A DNA stretch of 64,000 nt, from contig RQSC01000032.1 in the NCBI GenBank assembly GCA_013416795.1, forward strand, positions 1 through 64,000. The letters run 5' to 3'. The notes under the pieces are model-generated. The model made no database searches. It was not told the origin of the DNA and worked only from the letters and a program-made list of their open reading frames with translations. Every line of letters starts with the position of its first letter. Position 1 is the first letter of the stretch. Shown here one piece after another: positions 29,848 through 41,472 of the stretch. A program made the position numbers and the translations under genes. The stretch comes from Prasinococcaceae sp. CCMP 1430. Taxonomy: Eukaryota > Plantae > Prasinodermophyta.

Positions 29848-31245
29848 TGCAAGGGGGGGGGGGGGGGGGGGGGGGGCCGTTCTCGCCCTGCGCGCGCGCG
29901 CGCGCGCGGCACGCGTCGGGCCCCGTGCCGCAGGGCCGTGCGAGGCGCACGAGGCTGACCCTCTTCCGCGCGTGCGCGCGCAGCTATCGCCGAGGGCGTC
30001 TCCCTGGATGAGGCGCTTGCGGCGGGCATCCTCACGGGCGCCATTGTGTTCGCGCTGGGCGTGAGCGGCCTCATTGGCGTCATCGCACGCCACACGCCGC
30101 GCACGATCGTGCGCGGCATGCAGCTCGGCCTGGGCGTCTCGCTCGCGCGGCGCGGGCTCAACTCTAGCTTGTACGACGAGAGCGGCGACTGGAAGCCGTG
30201 GGTGGACGCCGATGGGCTGCTCGTCGGCGCGTTGGCGGTAGTCTTCGCCGTCGCGGCAGTCTTCCCGGGAGCTGCGAGGGCGACTGCAGCCACTGATGCC
30301 CCGCGACGCTAACGCCCTTGGTCGCGACGCCCGCTCTTGAGCTCGGGTGGCCCGCTTTCAGGCCAGCACCCCCGTCTGCGGCAGGCGAGCACGCGGGGCG
30401 ACCCGACGCCGCGGCCCGCGCCGCCACCCGCATCCGGCGCGCGCACGAGCAGTGGCGCGACGGTCCCGGCCGCACTGGTGCTCGCGGTCGTGGGCGTGAT
30501 CATCGCGCTTGCGAACGGCGGGACGGAGGTCACAGACGCGCTGCAGCTCGGGCCCAGCGAGCCAGCGATGCATGTTCCCAATCGCTCGGATTGGTGGCGC
30601 GGCTTCGTCCTGGCGGCGGTGCCGCAGCTGCCGCTGACGATCCTCAACTCAGTCGTGAGCGTCTGCGAGCTCAGCGAGTCGCTGTACGGGGCGAGCGGAC
30701 GCGCCGCACCGCCGCGAGAGGTCGCCACGTCGGTCGGCGCTATGAACCTGGTGGGCTGCTGGTTTGGCGTCATGCCGTGCTGCCACGGCGCCGGCGGCCT
30801 TGCGGGCCAGCACCGCTTCGGAGCCCGCTCGGGCATGGCCATACTCTTTTTGGGTGGAATGAAGATCTTGCTCGGACTGCTGTTCGGCTCGAGCCTCGGG
30901 CCACTGCTTGGTGCCTTCCCCAGCACCGTGCTTGGCGTACTGCTGCTCGTCGCAGGTGTCGAGCTCGCGTCCACCTGCCACAAGGAGACCACGCAGCGCG
31001 GCGCCTTCGTCATGTTGGTCACTGCTACAGTGACGCTCACCTGGAAAACCGCGGCGGGGTGCGGTGCAGGCATCGCGTGTGAGCTGGTGCTGTGGGCGCG
31101 CGATAGTATATCGCGGTGGCGAAGCGCGCGGCGTGACCGCGCTGCTCCTGTGTTGACCAAGGCCGACGATGAGTCCGTTGTCCGCCCTGGCGTCGACATT
31201 GAGGTGGGACCTAAGCACGAGTTGATGCCGCTGTCGCGGAGCTAG
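29516..31245 (+). CDS. MOT1: Molybdate transporter MOT1 family, 3 exons; the first ~23 codons look foreign
   Basis: RLTLAEASGAMGDLGTFIP, IPMPVQPMKSIAA, IVRGMQLGLG, AVPQLPLTILNSVVSVC, VGAMNLVGCWFGVMPCCHGAGGLAGQHRFGARSG and FPSTVLGVLL. Confidence 0.92.
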
Positions 31246-31515
31246 CTACAGTATCTAGCTAGAGAGAGAGATGTTTGCTGTAGCTACGTAGCAATGTAGG
31301 ACGAGGTGGTTGAATAATAAGATGGAGCGCGCGTGTTCGAAGGACATGACCCGACGATCAAAGTCAGGGGCTATGCGTCGAGGGTCTCACGGGCGCGCCC
31401 TGGGCAGGTTGGCTGGGCGTGACAGATCGTGGACGGACGTCAAACACTTTCGTGTCGTCTACATGCAGCTATGAAATTGGCCCTCCAAGGAAGGTTGTGG
31501 ATGTGCAGGGCGAAG

Positions 31516-33546
31516 CTATTTCCTGAGCGCCGCCATGTTGGCTTGCCTATGGCGCGGCGGATTGGGCACCAGCCTCTGCCCGCTGCTGCTGCCGCGGCTG
31601 AGCGCTGACAGGCGGACCGCGGCGGCGCTTGAAGTGGTCGTCGCGCGCACGCGCGGGAAGCTCGAGAAGTCAGCGTGCGCCGCCGGCGCTCGCCGCGAGT
31701 CGGCCAAGCGCCCCCCAGCGGAACGAAGGCCGCCCGTGCCCACGCCCGCTCCCGAGCCATACGTGGTGCTCATCGGACGCGCGGCGCCTTCAGGCGCCGC
31801 CCACGCTCCGTTTGTGCCATCGCGGCTGCCCCCTAGGGCGTAGCTCACACGCTCCCAAGGCTTGCGCGCCAGGCGAACGTCGCAAGCGACCATCATTTCC
31901 TCGGGGTCAATGCGGCGCCGACCCGACTTGGGGCTCAGACCCGCGCGATACTCCTCCCCAGTGACGACGTTGTAGCCGTTGTACTCCGTGTTGATCTCCT
32001 TGAGCCTCTGGCGGCGAGCGTCCTCGCAGCGATTCCCGCGTTCACGGCGACTTTCAAGGTGGGCCAGCTGTTCGTCGTCCCACAGCGTCATCGAGCTCAG
32101 CGGGCGGCGACTCTTCCAGCCGCTGCGGAACCGGTTACGCTCGTCGAGAGACGCCACGTGCGTAGGGCACATCCGACGCAGAAGATGTGCGGGCACGGGC
32201 GAATCCTCCCCACCACTGCCAGCACCGCTTGCCTGAGCCGTGTCGCCGCGCGGGCCACCCTTCAGGTAGTCCCATTCGCTGTACTCCGTGCCTGTCGTGG
32301 GATCGATGCGCTTGCGCGACTGCAAGAATTTGGCCTCGCCGTCGTCGCAGTGCAGCTCGGCCACCGCGCGCTGCGTGGGTCGCGCACCGAGCTGGACCTG
32401 CCGACGGAGCGCTGGGTGGCTGACGGTGCGACGCCTGTGGGCACGAATCGCCAAGTTGCCGTGTGAGAACACGTGGCTGACATTCTGCTGCCCCTTGTAC
32501 CCCTTGGCGACCTCGTTGTTCGCCCTGACGGCCGCGTGCATGGCCTTGAGATCAACGCTCCGGTGGTTCGGCTTGGCAGTGGCAGCACCCGTGCCCGGTC
32601 CCGCACTGGGCGCCTTGGTGGGCCACCATGCGCCAGCGTGCGTGGGCTCAGGCTCGCGCACGCCACAGCGCGTCTTCGGAATGCCATTGCCGCCGAGGAC
32701 GAGGTCCATCTGCGTCGATGCAGTGTCGCGATCGGCGTACTTCATGCTGTAAGTACTGGCAAAGGCCTCGCGTTGGCTCAGGGCTTCTGAGACAACCATG
32801 CCAGAGGTAAGGGCGGAGGCCGTGTCTCGGCCAGCGTGCTCGTCTCCATACGCCGCAAAGTCCTCGGGCCGAGCTGCCTCTTTCGACGCCCTCATGCCAG
32901 GGCCGATTCCTGACGCCGTGTCGCGGCCAGCGTGCTCCTCTCCGTAAGTCCCTGCAAAGTCCTCCCGCCGCGATGCCGCCGCCGTGGGCATGGCCGTCGA
33001 CGTCAGCCCTGACGCGACGTCCTTGCCCACATGCTCGTCCCCGTATGCCGCAGCGAAGTCCTCCCGCCGCGATGCCGCCGCCGTGGGCATGGCCGTCGAC
33101 GTCAGCCCTGACGCGACGTCCTTGCCCACATGCTCGTCCCCGTATGCCGCAGCGAAGTCCTCCCGTCGCGATGCCGCCGCCGTGGGCCTCGCCGTCGACG
33201 TCAGCCCCGACGCGACGTCCTTGCCCACATGCTCGTGGGGCATACGGCGTCGCTTCAGGAGGGCAGCGCTACGGCGGCGGCACCCGGAGCGTGTCGACGT
33301 CAGCCCTGACGCGACGTCCTTGCCCGCATGTGCAAACCCGTACGTTCCTGCGAAGTCCTCCCGTCGCGATGCCGCCGCTGTGGGCATGGCCGTCGACGTC
33401 ATTCCTGTCGCTGTGTCGGGACCCGCGTGCGCTCTCCGGGCGGCGGCCACCGGTGCGGGCGCAGATGCACTCTCTGCAAAGCTCACGCGAGGCCGCGCCG
33501 CGGCGGGCGCAGGCGGCAGCGCCGGCGCTGCGACATCGGCGGACAT
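31516..33546 (-). CDS. Uncharacterised ~675-aa protein with internal 33-aa tandem repeats
   Basis: Long ORF with host-like codon usage and repeats of GKDVASGLTSTAMPTAAASRREDFAAAYGDEH. Confidence 0.65.
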   Translation of the reverse strand: MSADVAAPALPPAPAAARPRVSFAESASAPAPVAAARRAHAGPDTATGMTSTAMPTAAASRREDFAGTYGFAHAGKDVASGLTSTRSGCRRRSAALLKRRRMPHEHVGKDVASGLTSTARPTAAASRREDFAAAYGDEHVGKDVASGLTSTAMPTAAASRREDFAAAYGDEHVGKDVASGLTSTAMPTAAASRREDFAGTYGEEHAGRDTASGIGPGMRASKEAARPEDFAAYGDEHAGRDTASALTSGMVVSEALSQREAFASTYSMKYADRDTASTQMDLVLGGNGIPKTRCGVREPEPTHAGAWWPTKAPSAGPGTGAATAKPNHRSVDLKAMHAAVRANNEVAKGYKGQQNVSHVFSHGNLAIRAHRRRTVSHPALRRQVQLGARPTQRAVAELHCDDGEAKFLQSRKRIDPTTGTEYSEWDYLKGGPRGDTAQASGAGSGGEDSPVPAHLLRRMCPTHVASLDERNRFRSGWKSRRPLSSMTLWDDEQLAHLESRRERGNRCEDARRQRLKEINTEYNGYNVVTGEEYRAGLSPKSGRRRIDPEEMMVACDVRLARKPWERVSYALGGSRDGTNGAWAAPEGAARPMSTTYGSGAGVGTGGLRSAGGRLADSRRAPAAHADFSSFPRVRATTTSSAAAVRLSALSRGSSSGQRLVPNPPRHRQANMAALRK
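32740..33420. repeat. 99-bp coding tandem repeat (about 3 near-perfect and 3-4 degenerate copies)
   Basis: The unit GTCGACGTCAGCCCTGACGCGACGTCCTTGCCCACATGCTCG...GAAGTCCTCCCGCCGCGATGCCGCCGCCGTGGG recurs at a 99-nt period. Confidence 0.9.
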
Positions 33547-34130
33547 GCCTTGGCTGCTCCTGGCTTTGCACCCTGCGAGTCCGTTTGCGCGCGCGCGCCT
33601 CCTGCACGCGCGCAACGCCCCTACGTCCGGCGCGTGGTGTGCCACTTGTGCCCCCCCCTCCGCCCCCTCGGAGCGCGCGCACGCGAGACAGTGTTGGCTC
33701 CGGTCCTCGCACACGCGTGCGCGTGCACTCAGTGTTACCCAGCCGAAACCAGTAGTGCCGAGGCCAGTGGTTGGGTTCTCCGTCACGAAATGCGTTCGGA
33801 TCTGAGATCGCTTGCCCCCTCCTCGGGCCGGCGCGCGATGGGGGTCTGAGGCCGCGCGCGCCGAAAGCGGCACGGCCCGCGCGGACCCATGCGTTCTGAT
33901 GGCGGGAAGTTCCCTGCGCGCGAGCACGCGGGTGCGCATCCGCCTGCGTTTCGACCAATGCTGCAAACAGGTCCTTTCGACCCTCCGCAGCGCGACGGTG
34001 GCAATCGGGGTGATAGTATTTAGTCTACAGGCATGCGATGTGCATACGTGCATGTGCGCTCATGCCCCGCCGCGCGCGCTCGAGCAGCAACGCGGCACAC
34101 GCGCGCACAGGGGACTACGCGCGCGTGCAT

Positions 34131-37100
34131 TCAATGCGCCATAGCCTTCACTGGGCCGTCCACGGTGTCGATCATCTGCTGCAGCCCGGTGGCGTCCCCC
34201 GCTACCACGTCGGCGATGAGCCCCTGAATTTTCGTGTTCAATTGTCCATTTCGCTCCTGCTCGAGGCGCAGCGCTTCCATGAGCGACTGCATGCGCGTGA
34301 TGGACTCCCGCAGGGCGCCCATCACCTTCGCGCGCATGAATGCATGTCGAGAGTACGCGCAGGTGCGGGCACGAGTCGAATCGGGGCGTCAGTGAATGAG
34401 TGCAGGGCGCGAAAGAGTGCCCATGCGGCCGGCTTCAGCATCCGCGGCGCCCGCGAGCATGCGCCTCACCTCGTCGTGCACCTCCTGCTGCACACCTTGG
34501 ACCACTGTCGGCGCCGCGCCGCGCGCCGCGGCCGCCTCAAGTACGCTCACACTCTCCGTGAGGCTCTCGATGCGCTCGCGCATCAGCGCCTTTGCTGCCT
34601 CCTGAGCCGCGCGTTCGCGAGCGGACTCGGCTGCGGCAGACCGCACACACGCCAGGTCCCCCTCGAGGTCAGCCACGCGTCGAAGAAGGTCGCCCTCCTT
34701 GGCGGCGCCCTCACGCACGGCCGCTGTGAGGCGGTCCACCTCAAGCGCGCTCGCGTCACGTGCCGCTTGTGCTGCATTGGTCTCCTCCTTAGCCGTGCGT
34801 AGCTCTGACCCGAGCGCGGCGGAGCGCGCGACTGCCTCCGCGGTGGCTGCTTCAGCAGCGCGGAGCTTGGACTGGGCAAACGCAGGGCGCACGGCGCGTT
34901 AGAACGTGGAAAGACCAAATGGGACGACGCATGCATACACGTGCATCCGCGCAAACACGCCAGCACGCACGGGCAGTGTCACGCACACACACAGTGACTG
35001 ACAACACATGACGCACCACGAACGAGCCCTGCTCCTTTGTCAGCGCCTCGGACGCCGCCGTCAGCGCGGCCTCCGATGCCGACAGTGCGGTGGCAACCCG
35101 AACGCGCTCCGCTTCGATCCCTGCCGCGCGCTCGCGTTCGGCTGCGAGCTCATTCCTGGCTCCATCCGCCGCAGCCTCCGCAGCCACTGCCGCAGCGCGA
35201 AGCTCAGCCACCGCACTTTCCGCCTCCGCCTCCGCAGCACGCGCGCGCGCATGCGCTCCCTCGCACGATGCGCGCATCGTCTGGGCCTCACTTTCCAAAG
35301 CAGAGATTGCCGCGCGTGCACTGGGGAGGTCGCTCACGTCGTCCCACTGACGGTCCGCAACGGTGGCCATCCCCGGGGCAGCCTCGAGCGCATTCGCCTC
35401 GGTCGCCTCGGCCCCTCCCTCGTCAGTCTCAGCGACGTTCACCTCGCCTTTGTCGACTGCAAGCAGGGAAGGAGTTCCGGCAGTAGCTGCCTCAGCATCG
35501 GCGATGGCGCTCTCGGCCTTGGCGATCACCGCTTCTGCTTGAGCGGTGGCGCTCCCGCCCGCCTCGGCGTCCCCGTCTAGCGCAACGCCGACCTCAGAGG
35601 CACCCACCACGTCATTATCAAGCGATTCAGCTCCGGCGGCATCCACTTGCTGCGCATCGGTTTCTGGGTCGTCTACCTCGATGGAGGCGTCGTCGATATC
35701 ACTGCTTCCAACATCGGACGCATCGTCTTCAGGTGCTTGCTGCGCATGTGGCGCCTCACGTACGGCGGAGCGCGCCGCCACCATCTCGATCTCTGCCTGC
35801 ACAGCCCGCCCGGAACGCGGTGCCGAGGCGGGGGCCGCGCTGGTCGGCTCCTTCTTTGGCGCAACTGTTGGCTCTGGTGACACCGGGAGCTTGGCAAGCG
35901 TGTTGCCGCTCAAGGCGCGCGGTATCGCCTCGCTATCACGCTCCCAGGGCTTGCCAGGCGGGTCGAGCGCTTTCCAAGAGCACTCATACACCACCTCAAT
36001 GCTAAGCGTGCTGCGCAGGGACTGCGCGGGAGCATTGCGAGCGTTCGGCGCGACAAGTATTAGGATCGCATGGAAGATAAATGGGCGCGGGCATACACGC
36101 TGGTGCGCGCACGCACACAAACGACCCCAGCCCGACCCAGTCCGCGCGCGCCCCCCCCCCCCCGCACCTCGTCGCACTTGTCCACGTCCTTGCCTGCGAC
36201 CGCAAACATGCCGCGCACCTCCGCACCCTCCTCAACTTTGCGAGCGACATCGGCGTCAGCTGACTTTCGCGCGGCCTCCAGCGAGTAGAGCGCCTCGTAG
36301 CCTGTCTGCAGCCACGTGTAGCCCACCATCGCTTTCTTGTCCGCGCGTGGCCCGCGAAAGACCTGCACGCGCACGTCGCCTTCAACAAACGTCGACGCAC
36401 GGAACGTGAATACGTGACGGCTTTCTTCGAAGGAGTGCTCGATGCTTGCGTCGCCAGACGCCGCCACGAGCTCCATCGCCGTGCTACCTGTCCGTCGTTG
36501 CATTACGCGCACGGACGGACTGAGCGACGCCGGACCTTCGACCACCACAGCGCGCGCGAGCAGCACGGCACGAGGTGGGGGTGTTAGCGGCACCGCCAGT
36601 GCCATGCGCGCGTAGTACGACACGTAACGCCGCTGCGAAGGGATGGTGACGCCCTTGCCGTCGCTCGTGCGCTTCTCTGCATAAAATGCCATGGCCTCCT
36701 CGGCCGACCCGAAGGCGCCGCTGTGCACCAGGTAGGCGCACACGATGGTGCCGGTTCTCCCCTTCCCTGCCTTGCAGTGCACCGCGCACACGTTTTGCTC
36801 GTCGGCAGCGATGTGTGTCGCCATGTGCTCGCAACAATCGCGCATGAGGGCGAGACTCGGCGTGTTGTGGTCATCGAATGGAAAGCGGTGCACACTGCAA
36901 CTAGGTGCCAGCAGCGAGGCCTCATAGGAGCGCTCGGAGCAAAGGTTGTACACGGCCACGGGCTGCTGTGTGAACACAAACCCCAGAGTGAGAGCGCGCG
37001 ATAGTGCGCGTATGTGAGCGCGCGCTTGCATGTCATCGGGGGCGCGACCGAGGCCAGCGCACATCGCCCATCCGCTGTGCGCTTGTGCGCAGTCGCAAGC

Positions 37101-37536
37101 GCATGTGCACGCGTGCGCGGACTCCCACTCACCGTCCCGTCACCAGCAGAGTTGTCACCATGGCGCGCCTCCATGAAGCGCCGCACGGAGCGCGCGGGAT
37201 TGCGGTAGAGCGCCTGTGCGCCAGAGCGCAAGGGCGCGCGCGTGCCATCGCGCGGCAGTGTCGTGCAGACAGAGGAGGTTGGTGGACAGCGTGTGGGCGC
37301 GTGCGTGAGAGCGGGATGATTGTTGTATGCTCCACTTGTCAGCGTGCGTCGCGCCGGCGCACGCGTGAGCGGTGGCGCCTGCGGGCGCGCCAGCGCACCT
37401 CTTTGCCGCTCGAAGGGTATGCCATCGCGATGAGTCGCGGCGTGATGTACGACAGGTCGAGGTCAAACGTGCCGTCGTCGTAGCGCAGCTTGTTCTTGGA
37501 CACCTGCACGCGCATGATCGCGCACGGCGTGCACAT
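34131..37536 (-). CDS. PTEN: PTEN-family phosphoinositide/dual-specificity phosphatase with a long acidic and coiled-coil C-terminal extension, multi-exon
   Basis: VSKNKLRY..FDLDLSYITPRLIAMAYPS, YRNP, VYNLCSERSY, FPFDDHN.P, VHCKAGKGRTG, GVTIPSQRRYV and a C2 domain. In-frame GT-AG introns at 36167-36022, 35016-34872 and 34469-34326 join the tail exons. Confidence 0.88.
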
Positions 37537-37858
37537 GGTTGCGAGCTCTCCCTACAGAGAGAATAAGGGGGCCGCACGCGCTCACGTCGCCGCACACAGG
37601 CTCGAGATTCGACGAGGAAAGGAGGCGGGGGGCACCCGCCCGCGCCGCGGGGTGTGGGTCAGCCCGCGCCCCGGTGCAGGCCGATCGCCGCCGCTTTCGA
37701 ATTGAAAATCGCACGAACACAACAAACGGAGCTTGCCACAAACAAAAAAAGAAAAACAGGATGAGCGTGGGCATGGCATGCTGTGCCGACGCCGGGGATC
37801 TCCTGTACGACTGTGGGATTTGATGCCGTTAATGTGATCTAGTCCTAGTGGTGGTTTT

Positions 37859-40800
37859 CTACAACGCTTTCCGCTTCTTGAAGCCATCAGCGTCGAAGCC
37901 CTCCGACTTGAGAGGCTCAGAGAGGCCATTCTCGTCCAGCGCCGCGTTGGCAATGACGTTGTACGTATCGGACTTCTTGGGCTCGTCGGCATCGTCGCCA
38001 TCACCGCTGTCGCCGTCGTCACCACCAGCGCCTGCTGCGACTGAACCCTCGATGCCCTTCAACGCTGTATCACCCAGCACCCCCGCCTCGCGCATGGAGG
38101 CAAAAAACATTGAGGTGACTTCGTCCTGTGTGATAGTACTCTTCTTGGAGGCCACTTGGATGAGCGCCTTCAGTAGGAAGCCATAGCGCATGTCGACGTG
38201 CACTTCGATCTTGGGCGGCTCACCCTTCCACTGTTTGGTGTCTGTCTCCGACCACGAGAACTTCTTGATGAGCGAACGCGCGTCGCTCTCAGTGTCCTCC
38301 ACATCCGGCTTTCGATTCTGCAGGTAGCGGACCATGGCCTCGAGGTTGACCCTCTGGTTGATGCGGTAGCGGATGGAGAGCACGCCGCCGGCCTCATCGC
38401 CAATCTTTCGCATGAGACGCATGAGGTACGTTCCTAGTGCCGCCCAGAAGGCCATGTTGATGAGGAAGATGGCAAAGGGTGTGTTGTAGACGGGTTCAAA
38501 CCAGTCGTTGGCCCAGCCAAGGTCTGGGCCGATCGACAGATAGAGCGTGTGGGAGCGATCGATAATATCGAAGGCGAGCGAGCCGGCGAGCACGACTTGC
38601 ATGATCTCGAGCGAGGCGCTTGCGCGCTCGTTCGCTCGGAACAGATCCTCAAGGTTCTTGGTGTTCGTGCGCACCGACTCTGCCACGCGGTATTCGCTGG
38701 CCTCCGACACGACGTCCGCCTGGTTGCGCAGCGCGCTCACCTCACCCTCTGCGCCGTCCACGTTCTTGCGCATGTCCACCACGCGCCGAACCAGCCTGTG
38801 GAGCGACGCCTCAATATTGAGGATTTCAAACAAGCGTCGACCGCTCGTCGTCGTTGGCGCCGACGGCACCTCAAAATTCGCCATCGACTCGTGCAGATAG
38901 CTCTGGATTTCCCCAAGCAGGATGACGTCACTTGAGGCGTCCGCCAGCAGCTCGCGGATCATTCTCATCGAGTTGGGATTCGTCTCGTGGTGGTCGATCA
39001 GCCGTCGGATTTCCTTGAGTACATCCGCCAGGATGAATGTGCGTTGGAAGAGCGAGCGCATAAACATGTTGCGAGTCATAAGCGACAGGTAGCTCGCCAC
39101 GAGCGGTTCGTGCTCACGCACGCCCGGCCCGCCGAGCAGGATGCCGTTGCGCCCGATGATGAGCACCTGCTCGTCCGAGATGTCGTGCGAGGCCCACGTG
39201 TCCCCGAGGACCTGCCGCAGCTCATTCTCATTCGCCTCCCTGTCCAGATACATCTCGGCTTTGAGCTGCTCCTCCACGCCCTCTTTGCAAATCTTCTCGG
39301 CGAAGAGCACGTTGAACTTGTCGCGACTAGCGGCGTCGTTGAGGTAGGTGAGGTCGAGCATCGCGCGCTGATGCGGCGAGAGAAGATTGTCGACCACAGC
39401 CGACGAGTCACTGTGCACGTCCACCAGTAGACGGCTCATGTTGTCGAGCGACAGGCCGTCCTTCACGGCGTGCATGATGGCGTTGCATTCCATGCCGTAC
39501 ATGATGAAACCGTCGGCGTTGCAGTTGATCCCGAAGTTCTCCACCTGCACAATGCCGTCCTCCTCGGGGAAGTGGATTTCGGCCTCGTAGTTGACGTAAC
39601 CGGTGTCGTCGAAGTCGAGGATGTCCACGCTTGTCAGGCCCTCGTTTGAGCCCACAAACTCGGAGCTGTCCGGGTCAGGATCGACAACGTTGGTGAAGAA
39701 TCCGCCCTGCACGCGCTCGGAGCTGCCAAGCTTCTCATTGAGCGCGACGATCTGGTTGGTGCCCATTGGCACCCACTCGCCAATCATGAGCACGCACTCG
39801 TTGAGCGTCAAGTTCTCGTCGAGCTCGTCCTTGATGTTGGATTGTGCGTCCTTGAGCATGTAGCAGCGGTCGCTGTTGTCGGTAGTCTCGCGCCCCCCCT
39901 CGCGGCTGGACTCGGGGATGTAAGGCGAGGTCACGTACGACACGCTCTCGATTTCAGTAATGGACGACTCTCTTCGTAGCCTAAGCCGTCGTACAGCATA
40001 AACTTCAGTTCTTCGGTATTCCAGCGTACGCGCAGCAGGCCTTTGGCCTCGCCCTTGGCAGACAGCAGCTCGTCCACCGCGTCCTTGTCTTCCTTGGTAA
40101 GGCGCTCGCGGAGCACCTTTTTGCCGACATGCGTGGTGCGCAAGGCCGTGGTTGACTGGTACTTCTTTGATGAGAGCTTGAGCGAGTACAGGCAGCCTGC
40201 CTCGCGCAGATCGTCGATGTCGTCGCGCCCCTCTTGCGATATGTTCATGTACACACGCTTGCCGCCGACCACGTCCGGCGCCGGCGCGTAGTCATAGCCG
40301 AAGACACCTTCCACGATGCCCTCGTATATCATGACCATGAGCGGCACCTTTCGCACCCACGTGTCGTCTAGGCGGCTTTCGAACATGTCCTCGGTAAGCG
40401 TAGGCGGCTGGCCAGCCTTGGCATTCGCGCTGTCGCCTTCAGGCCCCTCGCGGATACTCTGCGAGGAGATCGTCGACTCGTTGGCCAATTTCTTCTTCTT
40501 CTTTGCCGTGTGGAGCTTCGAGAACTGGTCGATCAGGTACAGCAGCCTCAGGTGGTCCTCCGTAAGTTCGTCGATCTCGTCCTTGTCGTCGGTCGACAGC
40601 GCTGTGCTGCGCTTGCTCGATAGCCGTTCGAGCGCATGCATCTTCATCTTGCGCGCGATGGAGCGCTCCATCTCGGTCATGCCCTCCAGGTCCAGATTCA
40701 GGCGATTGAGACGCTTCTGCACAGACGCGAGTGCCACGGTTATAGCGAACATCTGTCCAGCGTCCTTGATGCCCCCATCGGTGCCCTTCGAGAGCGCCTT

Positions 40801-41472
40801 CATCAGTATGTTCTTGCGGACACTTTGGCGAATCTTGTCCCAGCGCATCTGGCTCAGGGTCGGAGACCCGCTCCCCGCGCTTTTGACTGAGCCTGGCGCG
40901 CTCATCCTTGAATCCGCGCTGGGACGGAGCCCGCTCGCCTGGTCAAAAGCGGCTGGTGTTTGGCCAGGCCTGTCCGACCGCGCGCTACCCGGCATACTCC
41001 CCGGGAGGTCCGCTTCTGCCTGCTCTGCAGCTGGCTGGCCCCCAACACCGATGGGCGGCCCCGCTGCGCCACCACCTCCACTGCCGCCGCTCCCGACAAG
41101 AGGTGCGAGTCGCTGAGGTGCTGCAGTGAACGGCTTGAGCGCGGGCAGCGAGGATTGCGGGAGGCCCGACCCTCGTCCAGCCTGCCTGCCCCCATCGGTG
41201 CCCCCACCAACCCTCGCCTGTTCCGTGGGCGCGTCGGCGCTGTACTTGCGCGCGCTGCGGGGCGTCGTGCGCCCATCGCCCGGGTGCCGCGGCGAGTCCG
41301 CCCCACGCGGCGTGCGTCCGCCGATTCTGGAGCGCGAAGCGACCATGTCGAGCGGTAGCGGAGGCAGACCGCGGCCACTGGCGCCAGCACGGCGCGCATC
41401 GGCGCGCCGCGCACGGCGATCCGCCACCCGCGACGCATACGGCGGCGGCGGGCCCGACTGTTCCTCCTCCAC
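37859..41472 (-). CDS. Large uncharacterised membrane protein: low-complexity N-terminus, conserved middle domain, and a CorA-like coiled-coil + 2-TM C-terminus. Split by a one-base frameshift near 39970.
   Basis: Two same-strand ORFs overlap by 13 nt and read through as GYEE/ESSITEIESVSYVTSPYIP. Motifs include RLLYLI, YEGI..GVFGYDYAP and NISQEGRDDIDDLRE. There are two terminal hydrophobic helices after a long heptad region. Confidence 0.7.

Noticed and set aside
32740-33420. The 99-bp periodic repeat as a CRISPR array
   Set aside because: There are no unique spacers, the period is a multiple of 3, it lies inside a coding ORF, and no cas genes are present in this eukaryotic context.
39980-40005. 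A 23-nt (or 14-nt) GT-AG mini-intron as the explanation for the frameshift
   Set aside because: It is far shorter than the other introns here (about 80-270 nt), has no branch site, and would delete residues that look like part of the conserved domain.
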